Assembly (NCBI GenBank): GCA_963708025.1
Contig: CAVPSB010000031.1
Coordinates: forward strand, 256,001 to 320,000
DNA from: an uncultured Candidatus Rokubacteria bacterium
GTDB taxonomy: Bacteria > Methylomirabilota > Methylomirabilia > Rokubacteriales > DASRDR01
Direction: 5' to 3'
Length of the DNA stretch: 64,000 nt
Part shown: positions 41,409 through 51,196 of the stretch, in pieces
Layout of the letters: each line of letters starts with the position of its first letter
Numbering within the stretch: position 1 is the stretch's first letter
Translations under genes and position numbers: made by a program
The notes under the pieces: generated by a model
What the model saw: only the letters and a program-made list of their open reading frames with translations
What the model was told of the DNA's origin: nothing
The model's database searches: none

Positions 41409-43115
41409 ATGAACCCGCGTCTGCTCGAGCTGCTCGTCAAGGAGAATCTGCTGACCGCCGACGACGCCCAGAAGGCGACGGCGGAGCAGCGTCGGTCGAA
41501 CGAGCGTCTCGGCACCGTCCTCCGGCGTCTCGGCTTTCTGAGCGACGAGGACCTCCTCGATTTCCTGAGCCGCAAGTACGGCATCCCGGTCATCAACCTG
41601 CAGCGGGTGGAGGTGACCGAAGAGATCATCCGGCTCGTCAGGAAGGAGATCGTTCAGAAATACCAGGTGTTCCCGGTCCGCAAGGTCGGCAATACCCTGA
41701 CGCTCGCGCTCTCCGACCCCACCGTCGTCCTCGCCATCGACGACGTCCAGTTCGCCACCGGACTCCACGTGATTCCGGTCCTGGCCTCCGAGGCGGCCAT
41801 CAAGGAGGCCATCGACAAGTCGTACACCGACAGCACCGCCAAGCTCGACGAGCTGCTCCAGAAGGAGCAGCAGGTCGGCGCCGATGCCCTCGAGCTGGTC
41901 GACCGCTCCTCGTCCAAGGTCGATATCAGCGAGCTGGGAGAGGAGGCTGGCGAGGCGCCGGTCATCCGGTTCGTCAACCTGATCCTTGCCGACGCCATCC
42001 GCAAGCGGGGCTCGGACATCCACCTGGAACCCTACGAGAAGGTGTTCCGGGTGCGGTACCGCATCGACGGGGTGCTGCACGACGTGATGGCGCCGCCCAA
42101 GCAGATGGAGGCGGCGATCCTCTCCCGGGTCAAGATCATGGCGAACATGGACATCGCCGAGCGACGCCTGCCACAGGACGGGCGCATCTCGGTGAAGTTC
42201 TCGAACAAGGAGGTCGACCTCCGCGTCTCCTCGCTCCCGACGATCTTCGGCGAGAAGATCGTCATGCGCATCCTCGACAAGTCGGGCGTCGTGCTCGATC
42301 TCCAGAAGCTGGGCTTCGAGGCGGACGACCTGGAGCGCTTCAGCAAGATCATCCAGACGCCGTACGGGATGATCCTCGTCACGGGTCCCACCGGCAGCGG
42401 CAAGTCGACCACCCTCTACGCCGCGGTCTCGACCATCAACTCGGCCGAGATCAACATCATGACCGCGGAGGACCCGGTCGAGTACAACCTGCCCGGGGTC
42501 AACCAGGTTCACGTGCGGGACGACATCGGGATGAGCTTCCAAGTCGCCCTGCGCTCCTTCCTCCGGCAGGACCCGGACGTGATCCTGGTCGGTGAGATGC
42601 GCGACACGGAAACCGCGTCCATCGCCATCCGCGCCGCGCTGACCGGCCACCTGGTTTTTTCCACCCTCCACACGAACGATGCGCCGAGCACGGTGACGCG
42701 GCTCCTCGACATGGGCATCGTGCCCTTCCTCGTCTCCTCGTCGCTGCTGCTGGTGGTGGCCCAGCGTCTCTGCCGCCGGATCTGCGTCGAGTGCCGCGAG
42801 CAGATCGAGCTGCCGCTGTCGGTGCTGCTCGACGTCGGGTTCAAGCCGGAGGAGGCGGAAGGGATCAAGGTCTACAAGGGCCTGGGCTGCGGGAACTGCG
42901 CCAACACCGGGTACCGGGGCCGGATGGCGATCCACGAGATCCTCTACATCAACGCGGAGCTCCAGGAAGCGATCGTCAAGCTGCGGCCCGCGAACGAGCT
43001 CAAGGAAATCGCGACGAAGCACGGCATGCGGACCTTGCGCCAGGCCGGTCTGCGAAAAGTCGCGCTGGGCATGACCACCCTGGACGAGATCATCCGGGTG
43101 ACGTTCGCCGACTGA
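41409..43115 (+). CDS. pilB: Type IV pilus assembly ATPase
   Basis: SDIHLEP, ERRLPQDG, GPTGSGKSTT, LRQDPD, TGHLVFSTLHTND, Zn CxxC pairs. Confidence 0.97.
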   Translation: MNPRLLELLVKENLLTADDAQKATAEQRRSNERLGTVLRRLGFLSDEDLLDFLSRKYGIPVINLQRVEVTEEIIRLVRKEIVQKYQVFPVRKVGNTLTLALSDPTVVLAIDDVQFATGLHVIPVLASEAAIKEAIDKSYTDSTAKLDELLQKEQQVGADALELVDRSSSKVDISELGEEAGEAPVIRFVNLILADAIRKRGSDIHLEPYEKVFRVRYRIDGVLHDVMAPPKQMEAAILSRVKIMANMDIAERRLPQDGRISVKFSNKEVDLRVSSLPTIFGEKIVMRILDKSGVVLDLQKLGFEADDLERFSKIIQTPYGMILVTGPTGSGKSTTLYAAVSTINSAEINIMTAEDPVEYNLPGVNQVHVRDDIGMSFQVALRSFLRQDPDVILVGEMRDTETASIAIRAALTGHLVFSTLHTNDAPSTVTRLLDMGIVPFLVSSSLLLVVAQRLCRRICVECREQIELPLSVLLDVGFKPEEAEGIKVYKGLGCGNCANTGYRGRMAIHEILYINAELQEAIVKLRPANELKEIATKHGMRTLRQAGLRKVALGMTTLDEIIRVTFAD

Positions 43116-43150
43116 GTCGCCGGCTGCTGCGACAGGGGGAGGGCTGATCC

Positions 43151-44230
43151 GTGACAATGCGGGATCTGCTGGTGGCGATGGCCGAGCGCAATGCCTCGGA
43201 CCTCCACATCACGTCCGGCACGCCACCGACCCTGCGCGTGCACGGCCACCTGATGCCGCTGGAGTATCCGCCCCTCACCCCGGACCAGACCAAGGCGCTC
43301 GCCTACAGCCTGATCACGACCGAGCAGCGGGAGCGGTTCGAGGCCAACCACGAGCTGGACTTCTCCTACGGAATCACCGGGCTGTCCCGCTATCGCGTGA
43401 ACGTCTACCAGCAGAAGAACGCGGTCGGCATCGCCATTCGCTCGATTCCCCACCAGCCGAAGACGTTCGAGGAGCTGGGCCTGCCGGCCGAGATCTGCAA
43501 CAACCTGATCAGCAAGACCAAGGGGCTCATCCTGGTCACCGGGCCCACCGGGCACGGCAAGACGACCACGATGGCGGCGATGATCGACAAGATCAACAAG
43601 ACCCGCGACGTCCACATCGTCACCGTCGAGGATCCGCTCGAGTACCTGCACGAGCACCAGAAGGCGCTGGTGAACCAGCGGGAGGTCGGTCAGGACACCC
43701 ACTCGTTTCCGGCGGCCCTCAAGTACGTCCTCCGTCAGGACCCCGACGTGGTCCTCATCGGTGAGATGCGGGACCTGGAGACGATCCAGGCGGCCCTGAC
43801 CATCGCCGAGACAGGGCATCTGACCTTCGCCACCCTGCACACCAACTCCTGCGCCCAGTCGATCGACCGCATCATCGACGTGTTCCCGCCCCACCAGCAG
43901 TCCCAGGTGCGGGCCCAGCTCGCGCTGGTCCTGGAGGCGGTGTTCAACCAGCTCCTCATCCCCCGGAAGGACGGGCGGGGCCGGATGCTGGCGATGGAAA
44001 TCTTGGTCGCCACGCCGGCCATCCGGAATATGATCCGGGAGGAGAAGGTGCACCAGATCTACTCGGCGATGCAGGCCGGCCAGAAGTTCGCGATGCAGAC
44101 GATGAACCAGGCACTGGCGAATGTGTACCTGCGGGGACAGATCACCCGGCAGGAGGCGATCTCGCGGAGCCTGTATCCGGACGAGCTGCTCCGCCTCATC
44201 GAGCAGCCTGCCCAGATGGCGTCGCGATAG
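43151..44230 (+). CDS. pilT: Type IV pilus retraction ATPase
   Basis: ASDLHI, GPTGHGKTTT, EDPLEY, AETGHL, AIRNMIRE. Confidence 0.97.
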   Translation: MTMRDLLVAMAERNASDLHITSGTPPTLRVHGHLMPLEYPPLTPDQTKALAYSLITTEQRERFEANHELDFSYGITGLSRYRVNVYQQKNAVGIAIRSIPHQPKTFEELGLPAEICNNLISKTKGLILVTGPTGHGKTTTMAAMIDKINKTRDVHIVTVEDPLEYLHEHQKALVNQREVGQDTHSFPAALKYVLRQDPDVVLIGEMRDLETIQAALTIAETGHLTFATLHTNSCAQSIDRIIDVFPPHQQSQVRAQLALVLEAVFNQLLIPRKDGRGRMLAMEILVATPAIRNMIREEKVHQIYSAMQAGQKFAMQTMNQALANVYLRGQITRQEAISRSLYPDELLRLIEQPAQMASR

Positions 44231-44251
44231 GGGCTCGACAGGGAGGGAACC

Positions 44252-45481
44252 ATGCCGACGTTCACGTACAAGGGCCTCAAGTCCGACGGCGGCGCCGTCG
44301 CCGCCGAGATCACGGCGGCGGACGAGCGGGCCGCGGCCCGCCAGCTGCGGTCCCAGGGGATCACGGTCCAGACCCTGGCCGCCAAGCGGGCCGCCGCCGG
44401 CAGCTTCGATCTCGCGAACCTCCCGGTCGTGGGGTCGCTCCTGGGCGGGGTCCGGAGCCGGGACGTCTCCGTGTTCACCCGGCAGTTCGCCACGATGATC
44501 AGCGCCGGGTTGCCGCTGGTCCAGTGCCTGCAGGCGCTCGGACAGCAGGCCGAGCGGAAGCGCTTCCAGGACATCATCGCCCGGGTCGCCGCCGACGTAG
44601 AGGGCGGGGCCACGCTCTCCGAGGCGATGTCGCGGCACCCGAAGGTGTTCGACGAGCTGTACGTCAACCTGGTCCACGTCGGCGAGATCGGCGGCGTCCT
44701 GGACTCGATGCTGGCCCGGCTCGCCATCTACATGGAGAAGTCCGAGGCCCTGAAGCACCGGGTGCGGACGGCTCTGGTATACCCGATCCTCGTCATCACC
44801 GTGGCGCTGGGCGTCGTGACCTTCCTGCTGATCTTCATCATCCCGATCTTCACCCGGTTCTACGATCAGGCCGGCGTGCCCCTGCCGCCGCCGACGCAGT
44901 TCGTCGTGAGCTTATCCAGGTTCGTCGTCACCTACTGGTACGGCCTGCTCATCGGGGCGGCCGCGATCTTCGTCGGGTTCCGCTGGTGGTACAAGACCGA
45001 GGCCGGGCGGCTCACGGTGGACCGCTTCCTCCTGCGGGCGCCCATCTTCGGCGTCCTGTTGCGGAAGATCGCGGTCGCCCGCTTCACCCGGACGCTGTCC
45101 GCGCTCATCAGCGGCGGCGTTCCGATCCTGGACGCCCTGCGGATCACCGCCAAGACCGCCGGCAACCGGATCGTCGAGAACGCCGTCATGGACGCCCGCG
45201 AGCGCGTGACCGCCGGCCAGACCCTGGCCGAGCCCTTGCGCCAGAGCAAGGTGTTCCCGGCGATGGTCGTCCAGATGGTGTCGGTGGGTGAGCAGACCGG
45301 CGCCCTGGACAACATGCTCGGCAAGGTCGCCGACTACTACGAAGACGAGGTGGACGTCGCCGTCTCCGGTCTGACGTCCCTGCTGGAGCCGATCATGATC
45401 GTGTTCCTCGGCATCGTGGTCGGCGGCATCGTCATCTCGATGTACCTGCCGATCTTCCAGGTGATCACGCTCGTGAAGTAG
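44252..45481 (+). CDS. pilC: Type IV pilus platform protein
   Basis: FTRQFATMISAGLP, GE.GG.LD, GEQTGALDNML, LLEP, MYLPIF. Confidence 0.96.
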   Translation: MPTFTYKGLKSDGGAVAAEITAADERAAARQLRSQGITVQTLAAKRAAAGSFDLANLPVVGSLLGGVRSRDVSVFTRQFATMISAGLPLVQCLQALGQQAERKRFQDIIARVAADVEGGATLSEAMSRHPKVFDELYVNLVHVGEIGGVLDSMLARLAIYMEKSEALKHRVRTALVYPILVITVALGVVTFLLIFIIPIFTRFYDQAGVPLPPPTQFVVSLSRFVVTYWYGLLIGAAAIFVGFRWWYKTEAGRLTVDRFLLRAPIFGVLLRKIAVARFTRTLSALISGGVPILDALRITAKTAGNRIVENAVMDARERVTAGQTLAEPLRQSKVFPAMVVQMVSVGEQTGALDNMLGKVADYYEDEVDVAVSGLTSLLEPIMIVFLGIVVGGIVISMYLPIFQVITLVK

Positions 45482-45508
45482 CGACAGCCGGGCGAACCGG
45501 CGGCCGCC

Positions 45509-47167
45509 ATGGCCCCGCGCACCGAGACCGACAACGCCGTCCGCTGGCTCATCATCATGCGGGCGGGCGTGACGACCCTCCTGCTGGTCTCCGCGGGCGG
45601 GGTCTACATCTGGGGGTACCTGCCGTTCGGCTTCAAGCCGTTCGCGGCGGTGGTGGCCGCCAGCTACGGGTTGTCCGCCGTCTCGTGGATCGCGGCCCGC
45701 TGGCTCGGTGGGTCCCTCCGGTTCGCCGAGATCCAGATCTACCTCGACATCCTGCTGGAGACCGCTCTCATCTACGTCACCGGCGGGATCTTCAGCCTCT
45801 TCGCGTTCATCTACCTCTTCTCCATCATGGCGACCAGCATCGTGGTCGCCCCCCGCAAGAGCTTCGTGACCGCGACCGTGAGCGTCCTCGCCCACGGCTT
45901 CCTGCTCGACCTGCAGTTCTACCGGGTGTTGCCGCCGATCGGCGACTTCGCGGCCCGCCAGGACGTCCTCGCCGAGGGGAGCTTCACCATTCTGCTGATC
46001 TCGGCCAACGCGTGCGCCTCGTTCACGGTGGCCTACCTGGCCACCTACCTCGCCGAGCAGCTGCGCCAGGTGCGGTTCCAGGCCCGGCGCACCGAAGCGA
46101 GCCTGGTTGAGCTGCAAGTCCTGCACGAGGACATCGTCCAGAGCGTGTCCAGCGGGCTGGTCACCTTCGACCGCGACGGCCGACTCCTGACGGCGAACCG
46201 GACGGTCGAGGCGCTGGATGGGCGCTCCCAGGCCGAGCTGCGCCGGACGCCGTGGGATCGAATCTTCCAGCAGGCCCTGTCGTTCCCCCAGCTCTGGCGG
46301 ACTCTGCACGACCGGATGCGGGGGCCCCATCGGTTCTCGGCGATGCTGGTCCGGGGCGACGGCAGCACGATTCCCATCGGCGTGAGCGCGTCGGTGCTCC
46401 GGCGCGGCTCCGGGGAGCCGGTCGGCGTCATCTGCTCGTTTCAGGACCTGTCCGAGATCAAGCGCATGGAGGCTCAGATGCGACATGCCGATCGCCTGGC
46501 GGCGATCGGGCGGCTGGCCGCCGGGCTGGCGCACGAGATCCGGAACCCGATCGCCTCCATCCGGGGCGCGGTCGAGGTGCTCCGGCAGAATCTCAAGCCG
46601 CAAGGCGCCGACCGGCGTCTCATGGACATCGTCCTGCGTGAGTCGGACCGGCTGGACGGCACGATCACCGAGTTCCTGGAGTTCTCGCGACCACGCCGGC
46701 TCCAGCCAGCCCTGACCGACGTGACCCAGATGATCGACGAGGTCCTGCTGTTGATCGGCCAGAGCGGTCAAGGCGTGCGGATCGTCAAGGAGTACCCTGA
46801 CGGGACGGTGAAGGCGTACGTCGATGCCGCGCAGGTCCGGCAGGCGCTGTGGAACCTCTGCCGGAACTCGCTCGACGCCATGCCCCAGGGTGGCGACCTC
46901 CGGGTGGTCGCGCGGCTCGCCCCCGCCGAGGGTCGGGAGCAGCGAACCCTGATCGAGATCCTCGTGGAGGATTCCGGTCCCGGCATCTCCTCCGAACATC
47001 TGCCGAACATCTTCGAGCCCTTCTTCACCACCAAGCCCGACGGGACCGGCCTGGGGCTGGCCATCGTGCACCGGATCATCCAGGAGCACGAGGGCGACAT
47101 CCGGGTCGAGACCGCCCGGAGCGGGGGGGCCCGGTTCGTGATCCTGCTTCCGAACGTGGAGGCCTGA
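45509..47167 (+). CDS. pilS: PilS-type membrane sensor histidine kinase
   Basis: N-terminal TM region, PAS, AHEIRNP, FFTTK..GTGLGL. Confidence 0.9.
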   Translation: MAPRTETDNAVRWLIIMRAGVTTLLLVSAGGVYIWGYLPFGFKPFAAVVAASYGLSAVSWIAARWLGGSLRFAEIQIYLDILLETALIYVTGGIFSLFAFIYLFSIMATSIVVAPRKSFVTATVSVLAHGFLLDLQFYRVLPPIGDFAARQDVLAEGSFTILLISANACASFTVAYLATYLAEQLRQVRFQARRTEASLVELQVLHEDIVQSVSSGLVTFDRDGRLLTANRTVEALDGRSQAELRRTPWDRIFQQALSFPQLWRTLHDRMRGPHRFSAMLVRGDGSTIPIGVSASVLRRGSGEPVGVICSFQDLSEIKRMEAQMRHADRLAAIGRLAAGLAHEIRNPIASIRGAVEVLRQNLKPQGADRRLMDIVLRESDRLDGTITEFLEFSRPRRLQPALTDVTQMIDEVLLLIGQSGQGVRIVKEYPDGTVKAYVDAAQVRQALWNLCRNSLDAMPQGGDLRVVARLAPAEGREQRTLIEILVEDSGPGISSEHLPNIFEPFFTTKPDGTGLGLAIVHRIIQEHEGDIRVETARSGGARFVILLPNVEA

Positions 47168-47168
47168 C

Positions 47169-48545
47169 GTGGCCGAGCGCCTCCTGATCGTCGACGACGA
47201 GCAGAGCATGCGCGAGTGGCTCAGCATCGCGCTGTCCCAGGATGGCTTCGAGGTGGAGAGCGCCGGCAGCGGTGAAGAGGGGCTCAAGGTCCTCGAGCGG
47301 ACCCCGGTCGACCTGGCCCTGGTGGACCTGCGCATGCCGGGGATGGACGGGCTGGAGACGCTCCGCCGCATCAAGCAGCTCGACGAGGGCATCTCGGTCG
47401 TGATCATGACCGCCTACGCGACCGCCGAGACCGCGGTGCAGGCCCTCAAGGAAGGGGCCTACGACTACATCATCAAGCCGTTCAAGGTGGACGAGCTGCG
47501 CCACCTCCTCCAGAAGGCGCTCGAGGAGCGGCGACTCCGGGGCGAGAACCTGCGGCTCCGGCGCGAGATCGAGCTGCGCTACCACTTCGGGAACCTGATC
47601 GGCAAGAGCCCCAAGATGCAGGAGGTGTTCTCGACGATCGGGCGCCTCGGGGACAGCAAGGCCACCGTGCTCGTGACCGGGGAGAGCGGGACGGGCAAGG
47701 AGCTGGTGGCCAAAGCCGTCCACTTCAACTCCAATCGGAAGGACCGGGCTTTCGTGACGGTCAACTGCGGGGCGATCCCGCAGGAGCTGATGGAGTCCGA
47801 GCTGTTCGGGCACGTCAAGGGCGCTTTCACCGGGGCGGTGGCCGCCAAGCAGGGGCTCTTCGAGGTGGCGGACGGGGGCACGCTGTTCCTGGACGAGGTG
47901 AGCGAGCTGCCTCTGCACCTCCAGGTCAAGCTGCTCCGGGTGCTGGAGGATCCGGAGATCCGACCCGTCGGCGGCGTGAAGCCGGTCTGGGTGGACGTCC
48001 GGATCGTCGCCGCCACCAACCGGGACCTGCCCCAGGCCATCGCCGCCCGGACCTTCCGGGAGGACCTCTTCTACCGCCTGAACGTCATTTCGCTGCACAT
48101 CCAGCCGCTCCGGGAGCGGCGCGAGGACATCCCGCTCCTGGTGAGCCACTTCCTGCAGAAGTTCGCTGGTTCCGGCAACCCTCCCAAGCTGATCTCGCCC
48201 GACGCCCTCGCCGCGCTCGAGCGCTTCCCCTGGCCCGGCAACGTGCGGGAGCTCGAGAACGTCATCGAGCGGGCGACGACCCTGGAGGCCGGCCCGGTGC
48301 TGCGCGTGGAGAGCCTGCCGGAATCCGTCCAGGGACCTCAGACCCCCGACTTCGGCGGCGGCATCGTCTTGCCCGCCGAGGGGCTCGATCTCGACGAGCT
48401 CATGGAGCGCATCGAGCGCGATCTGCTCCGGCAGGCGTTGCGTCGGGCTGAGGGCATCCAGAACCGGGCCGCCCAGCTCCTCCGGACGAGCTTCCGGTCC
48501 TTCCGGTATCGCCTCCAGAAGTACGGTCTCGACCGGGCCGACTGA
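47169..48545 (+). CDS. pilR: PilR-type sigma54-dependent response regulator
   Basis: Receiver domain, GESGTGKE, GAFTGA, FREDLFYRL, WPGNVREL, HTH. Confidence 0.93.
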   Translation: MAERLLIVDDEQSMREWLSIALSQDGFEVESAGSGEEGLKVLERTPVDLALVDLRMPGMDGLETLRRIKQLDEGISVVIMTAYATAETAVQALKEGAYDYIIKPFKVDELRHLLQKALEERRLRGENLRLRREIELRYHFGNLIGKSPKMQEVFSTIGRLGDSKATVLVTGESGTGKELVAKAVHFNSNRKDRAFVTVNCGAIPQELMESELFGHVKGAFTGAVAAKQGLFEVADGGTLFLDEVSELPLHLQVKLLRVLEDPEIRPVGGVKPVWVDVRIVAATNRDLPQAIAARTFREDLFYRLNVISLHIQPLRERREDIPLLVSHFLQKFAGSGNPPKLISPDALAALERFPWPGNVRELENVIERATTLEAGPVLRVESLPESVQGPQTPDFGGGIVLPAEGLDLDELMERIERDLLRQALRRAEGIQNRAAQLLRTSFRSFRYRLQKYGLDRAD

Positions 48546-48563
48546 CAATTCTTGTCAGTCGGC
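48537..48563. promoter_or_regulatory. Perfect 12-bp inverted repeat (candidate PilR enhancer and/or terminator)
   Basis: GCCGACTGACAA-TTC-TTGTCAGTCGGC, about 155 bp upstream of the pilA sigma54 motif. Confidence 0.55.
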
Positions 48564-48715
48564 TACTCCTTTTCGGCTGAGTGGGCAGATCATCAACGAC
48601 GGCAGGCACTTAGAGCCAGCAGGGCCCGACGGCGCCCGCCCGATGCTGGTCAGCCTGGAGCCGCCGTTCCCCCGGGATGATGTCTAAGTCATCGTCGATT
48701 ATCACTTTCCGGCGC

Positions 48716-48731
48716 GGGCACGACCATTGCT
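48716..48731 (+). promoter_or_regulatory. Sigma54 promoter of pilA (GGGCACG-ACCA-TTGCT)
   Basis: GG-N10-GC between pilR and the pilin. Confidence 0.8.
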
Positions 48732-48797
48732 ACTCTCCTTGGCGCGCGCGGCGTGGTGCCGGGCGTGCGAAACCAACCCAAACAGGAGGAGGTCCTC

Positions 48798-49130
48798 ATG
48801 ACGTTCCGACGCTTGAAGAACCAGCGCGGTGTGACGCTGGTCGAGCTCATGGTCGTCGTCGCGATCATCGCCATCATCGCGGCCATCGCCATCACGCTCT
48901 ACCAGGACGTCCAGAAGAAGGCCCGGCTGGCCGCCGACAACGGCACGATCGCCGCGCTCCGCTCGGCCAGCGCGATCTACTACGGCAAGAACGACGGCAC
49001 CTTCCCGACCCAGGGCACGCTCCAGACGCTGGTCCAGGGCTTCGCGCTCCAGTGCCCGGGCGCAAACTGGGCGGCGGACGCCACCAACGGGAAGATCACG
49101 TACAACCCGAACGACATCAGCGCCTGCTAA
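48798..49130 (+). CDS. pilA: Type IV pilin, copy 1 (99-aa mature)
   Basis: KNQRG|VTLVELMVVVAII prepilin motif; AGGAGGAGG SD. Confidence 0.92.
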   Translation: MTFRRLKNQRGVTLVELMVVVAIIAIIAAIAITLYQDVQKKARLAADNGTIAALRSASAIYYGKNDGTFPTQGTLQTLVQGFALQCPGANWAADATNGKITYNPNDISAC

Positions 49131-49276
49131 CCACGTAGGAACGGACAGGTGAGGCGGAGGAGGGCGCCGAGGTGATCTCGAAAGCGGACCACCTCGGCGT
49201 CCTCGATCCGCGGACGAGGACGAACATGAACGCGAACAGAACTCCGGGAGGCCGGGTCGGGGAGGGGGGATCCACC

Positions 49277-49606
49277 ATGCGGCGACGGCTCCGCAACCAG
49301 CAGGGTGTCACGCTCGTCGAGCTCATGGTCGTGGTGGCGATCATTGCCATCATCGCGGCCATCGCGATCACGCTCTACCAGGACGTCCAGAAGAAGGCCC
49401 GGCTGGCCGCCGACAACGGCACCATCGCGGCGGTGCGCTCGGCCAGCGCCATCTACTTCGGCAAGAACGACGGCACCTTCCCGACGCAAGGCACGCTCCA
49501 GACGCTGGTCCGGGTTTTCCAGCTCCAGTGTCCGGGGGCGACGTGGGCGACGGACGTCACCAACGGGAAGGTCACGTACAGCCCGAACGACATCTCCGCG
49601 TGCTAG
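49277..49606 (+). CDS. pilA: Type IV pilin, copy 2 (89/99 identical to copy 1)
   Basis: RNQQG|VTLVELMVVVAII; tandem paralogue. Confidence 0.9.
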   Translation: MRRRLRNQQGVTLVELMVVVAIIAIIAAIAITLYQDVQKKARLAADNGTIAAVRSASAIYFGKNDGTFPTQGTLQTLVRVFQLQCPGATWATDVTNGKVTYSPNDISAC

Positions 49607-49613
49607 GACGGCG

Positions 49614-50588
49614 ATGACGGCGATCGAGCGGCAGGCGACGAGACCGGGAAGCCGGGTCGAGATCTCGGTAGTGGTCCCGATTCTCGACGAGATCGAGAGC
49701 CTGCCCACGCTCTACCGGGAGCTCAGCGAGGTGCTGGAGACGCTCGGTCGCCCGTACGAGCTGGTGTTCGTGGACGACGGCAGCCGGGACGGGTCGTTCC
49801 ACACGCTCGAGAAGCTGCACCGGAGTGACGACCGGGTCCGCGTCATCCAGCTTCGCCGGAACTTCGGGAAGGCGGCCGCGCTGGCGGTCGGGTTCCGGGC
49901 GAGCCGTGGCGATGTCATCGTGACGCTGGATGCGGATCTTCAAGATTCTCCGTCGGAGCTGCCGCGGCTCCTGCAGCGACTGGAGGACGGCTACGACCTG
50001 GTGTCGGGCTGGAAGCAGGACCGCCAGGATCCCCTGTCGAAGACGCTGCCGTCACGGCTCTTCAACCGGGTGACCGCCTGGCTCACCGGCCTTCCGCTCC
50101 GGGACTTCAACTCCGGCTTCAAGGCGTACCGCCGGGAGGTCGTCGAGGAGCTGAGGCTGTACGGCGAGCTGCACCGGTTCATCCCGGCGCTGGCGGCGTG
50201 GCGCGGGTTCCGGGTCGACGAGGTCCCGGTCCACCACCGGCCCCGGCGGTTCGGGCGGTCGAAGTACGGCTCCGCGCGGTTCTGGCGCGGGTCGCTCGAC
50301 CTGCTCACCGTGCTCTTCCTGACCCGCTACACGCGGCGCCCGCTCCACCTGTTCGGGGGACTCGGACTCCTGGCCTGGGCGGGCGGCGGCGTCGTGAACC
50401 TCTATCTGGTCGGCCTCTGGCTGGCGGGCGTGCGACCGATCGGGAATCGCCCCCTCCTGGCCTTCGGCATCCTGAGCATGGTGGTCGGGCTCCAGTTCTT
50501 CTGCCTGGGACTCCTCAGCGAGCTGGTCCTCAGCTACCAGACTGCCCGCGGCGCCGACGACACTTCGATTCGGTGTCAGCTGAACTGA
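49614..50588 (+). CDS. GT2 polyprenyl-phosphate glycosyltransferase (ArnC/DPM1-like)
   Basis: ISVVVP, VDDGSRDGS, RNFGK, LDADLQD, ELHRFIP, two C-terminal TMs. Confidence 0.94.
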   Translation: MTAIERQATRPGSRVEISVVVPILDEIESLPTLYRELSEVLETLGRPYELVFVDDGSRDGSFHTLEKLHRSDDRVRVIQLRRNFGKAAALAVGFRASRGDVIVTLDADLQDSPSELPRLLQRLEDGYDLVSGWKQDRQDPLSKTLPSRLFNRVTAWLTGLPLRDFNSGFKAYRREVVEELRLYGELHRFIPALAAWRGFRVDEVPVHHRPRRFGRSKYGSARFWRGSLDLLTVLFLTRYTRRPLHLFGGLGLLAWAGGGVVNLYLVGLWLAGVRPIGNRPLLAFGILSMVVGLQFFCLGLLSELVLSYQTARGADDTSIRCQLN

Positions 50589-51196
50589 GGGCCGACCGGC
50601 CGGTCGGGGCGGCGCGCAGTGACAACGAGGGTAAGTACCGCTCGTCGAATCCTGTCGTTCGACGGCTGGTGGCGCGGTTCCTGGAGTGCGTGGGCGATCT
50701 GGTCGAGGCTCAGCAGCCCCGCCGGATCCTCGAGGTCGGGTGCGGTGAAGGAATCGTCATCGAGTACCTGTCGGCGCGCGTGCCCGGCGCCCGTTTCGAG
50801 GGGATCGAGCTGGATCCCGGCGCCCTCGCCCGCGGCCGCGTCCGCTGTCCGGCGGCGGCCCTCCTGCAGGGCGACGCGTACGACCTACCCTTCGCGCGGA
50901 GCAGCTACGACCTCGTGCTCTGCCTCGAGGTGCTGGAACACCTCCGGGAGCCCGGCCGGGCCCTCCAGGAGATCCGGCGCGTCGCCCGGGCCGGGTGCCT
51001 GCTGAGCGTTCCCCATGAACCCTTCTTCCGGCTCGGTAACCTCTTCCGCGGCAAGAACCTCGGCCGCCTCGGAAACCCGACCGACCACGTCCAGCACTGG
51101 GGCGCCCGTGGCTTCGCCGCGTTCTGTGCCCGGGAGCTGGCCGTCCGGACCGCCACTCGCTCCTTCCCCTGGCTCATCGTCCACGGGACCGTCTGA
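50585..51196 (+). CDS. Class I SAM-dependent methyltransferase (probable CTG start in a CTGA overlap)
   Basis: KY.S.NP, LEVGCGEG, EVLEHL, SVP.EP. Confidence 0.88.
   Translation: MRADRPVGAARSDNEGKYRSSNPVVRRLVARFLECVGDLVEAQQPRRILEVGCGEGIVIEYLSARVPGARFEGIELDPGALARGRVRCPAAALLQGDAYDLPFARSSYDLVLCLEVLEHLREPGRALQEIRRVARAGCLLSVPHEPFFRLGNLFRGKNLGRLGNPTDHVQHWGARGFAAFCARELAVRTATRSFPWLIVHGTV

Noticed and set aside
48798-49606. Conductive e-pilin
   Set aside because: 99-aa mature pilins lack Phe1 and are not notably aromatic-rich in the N-terminal helix
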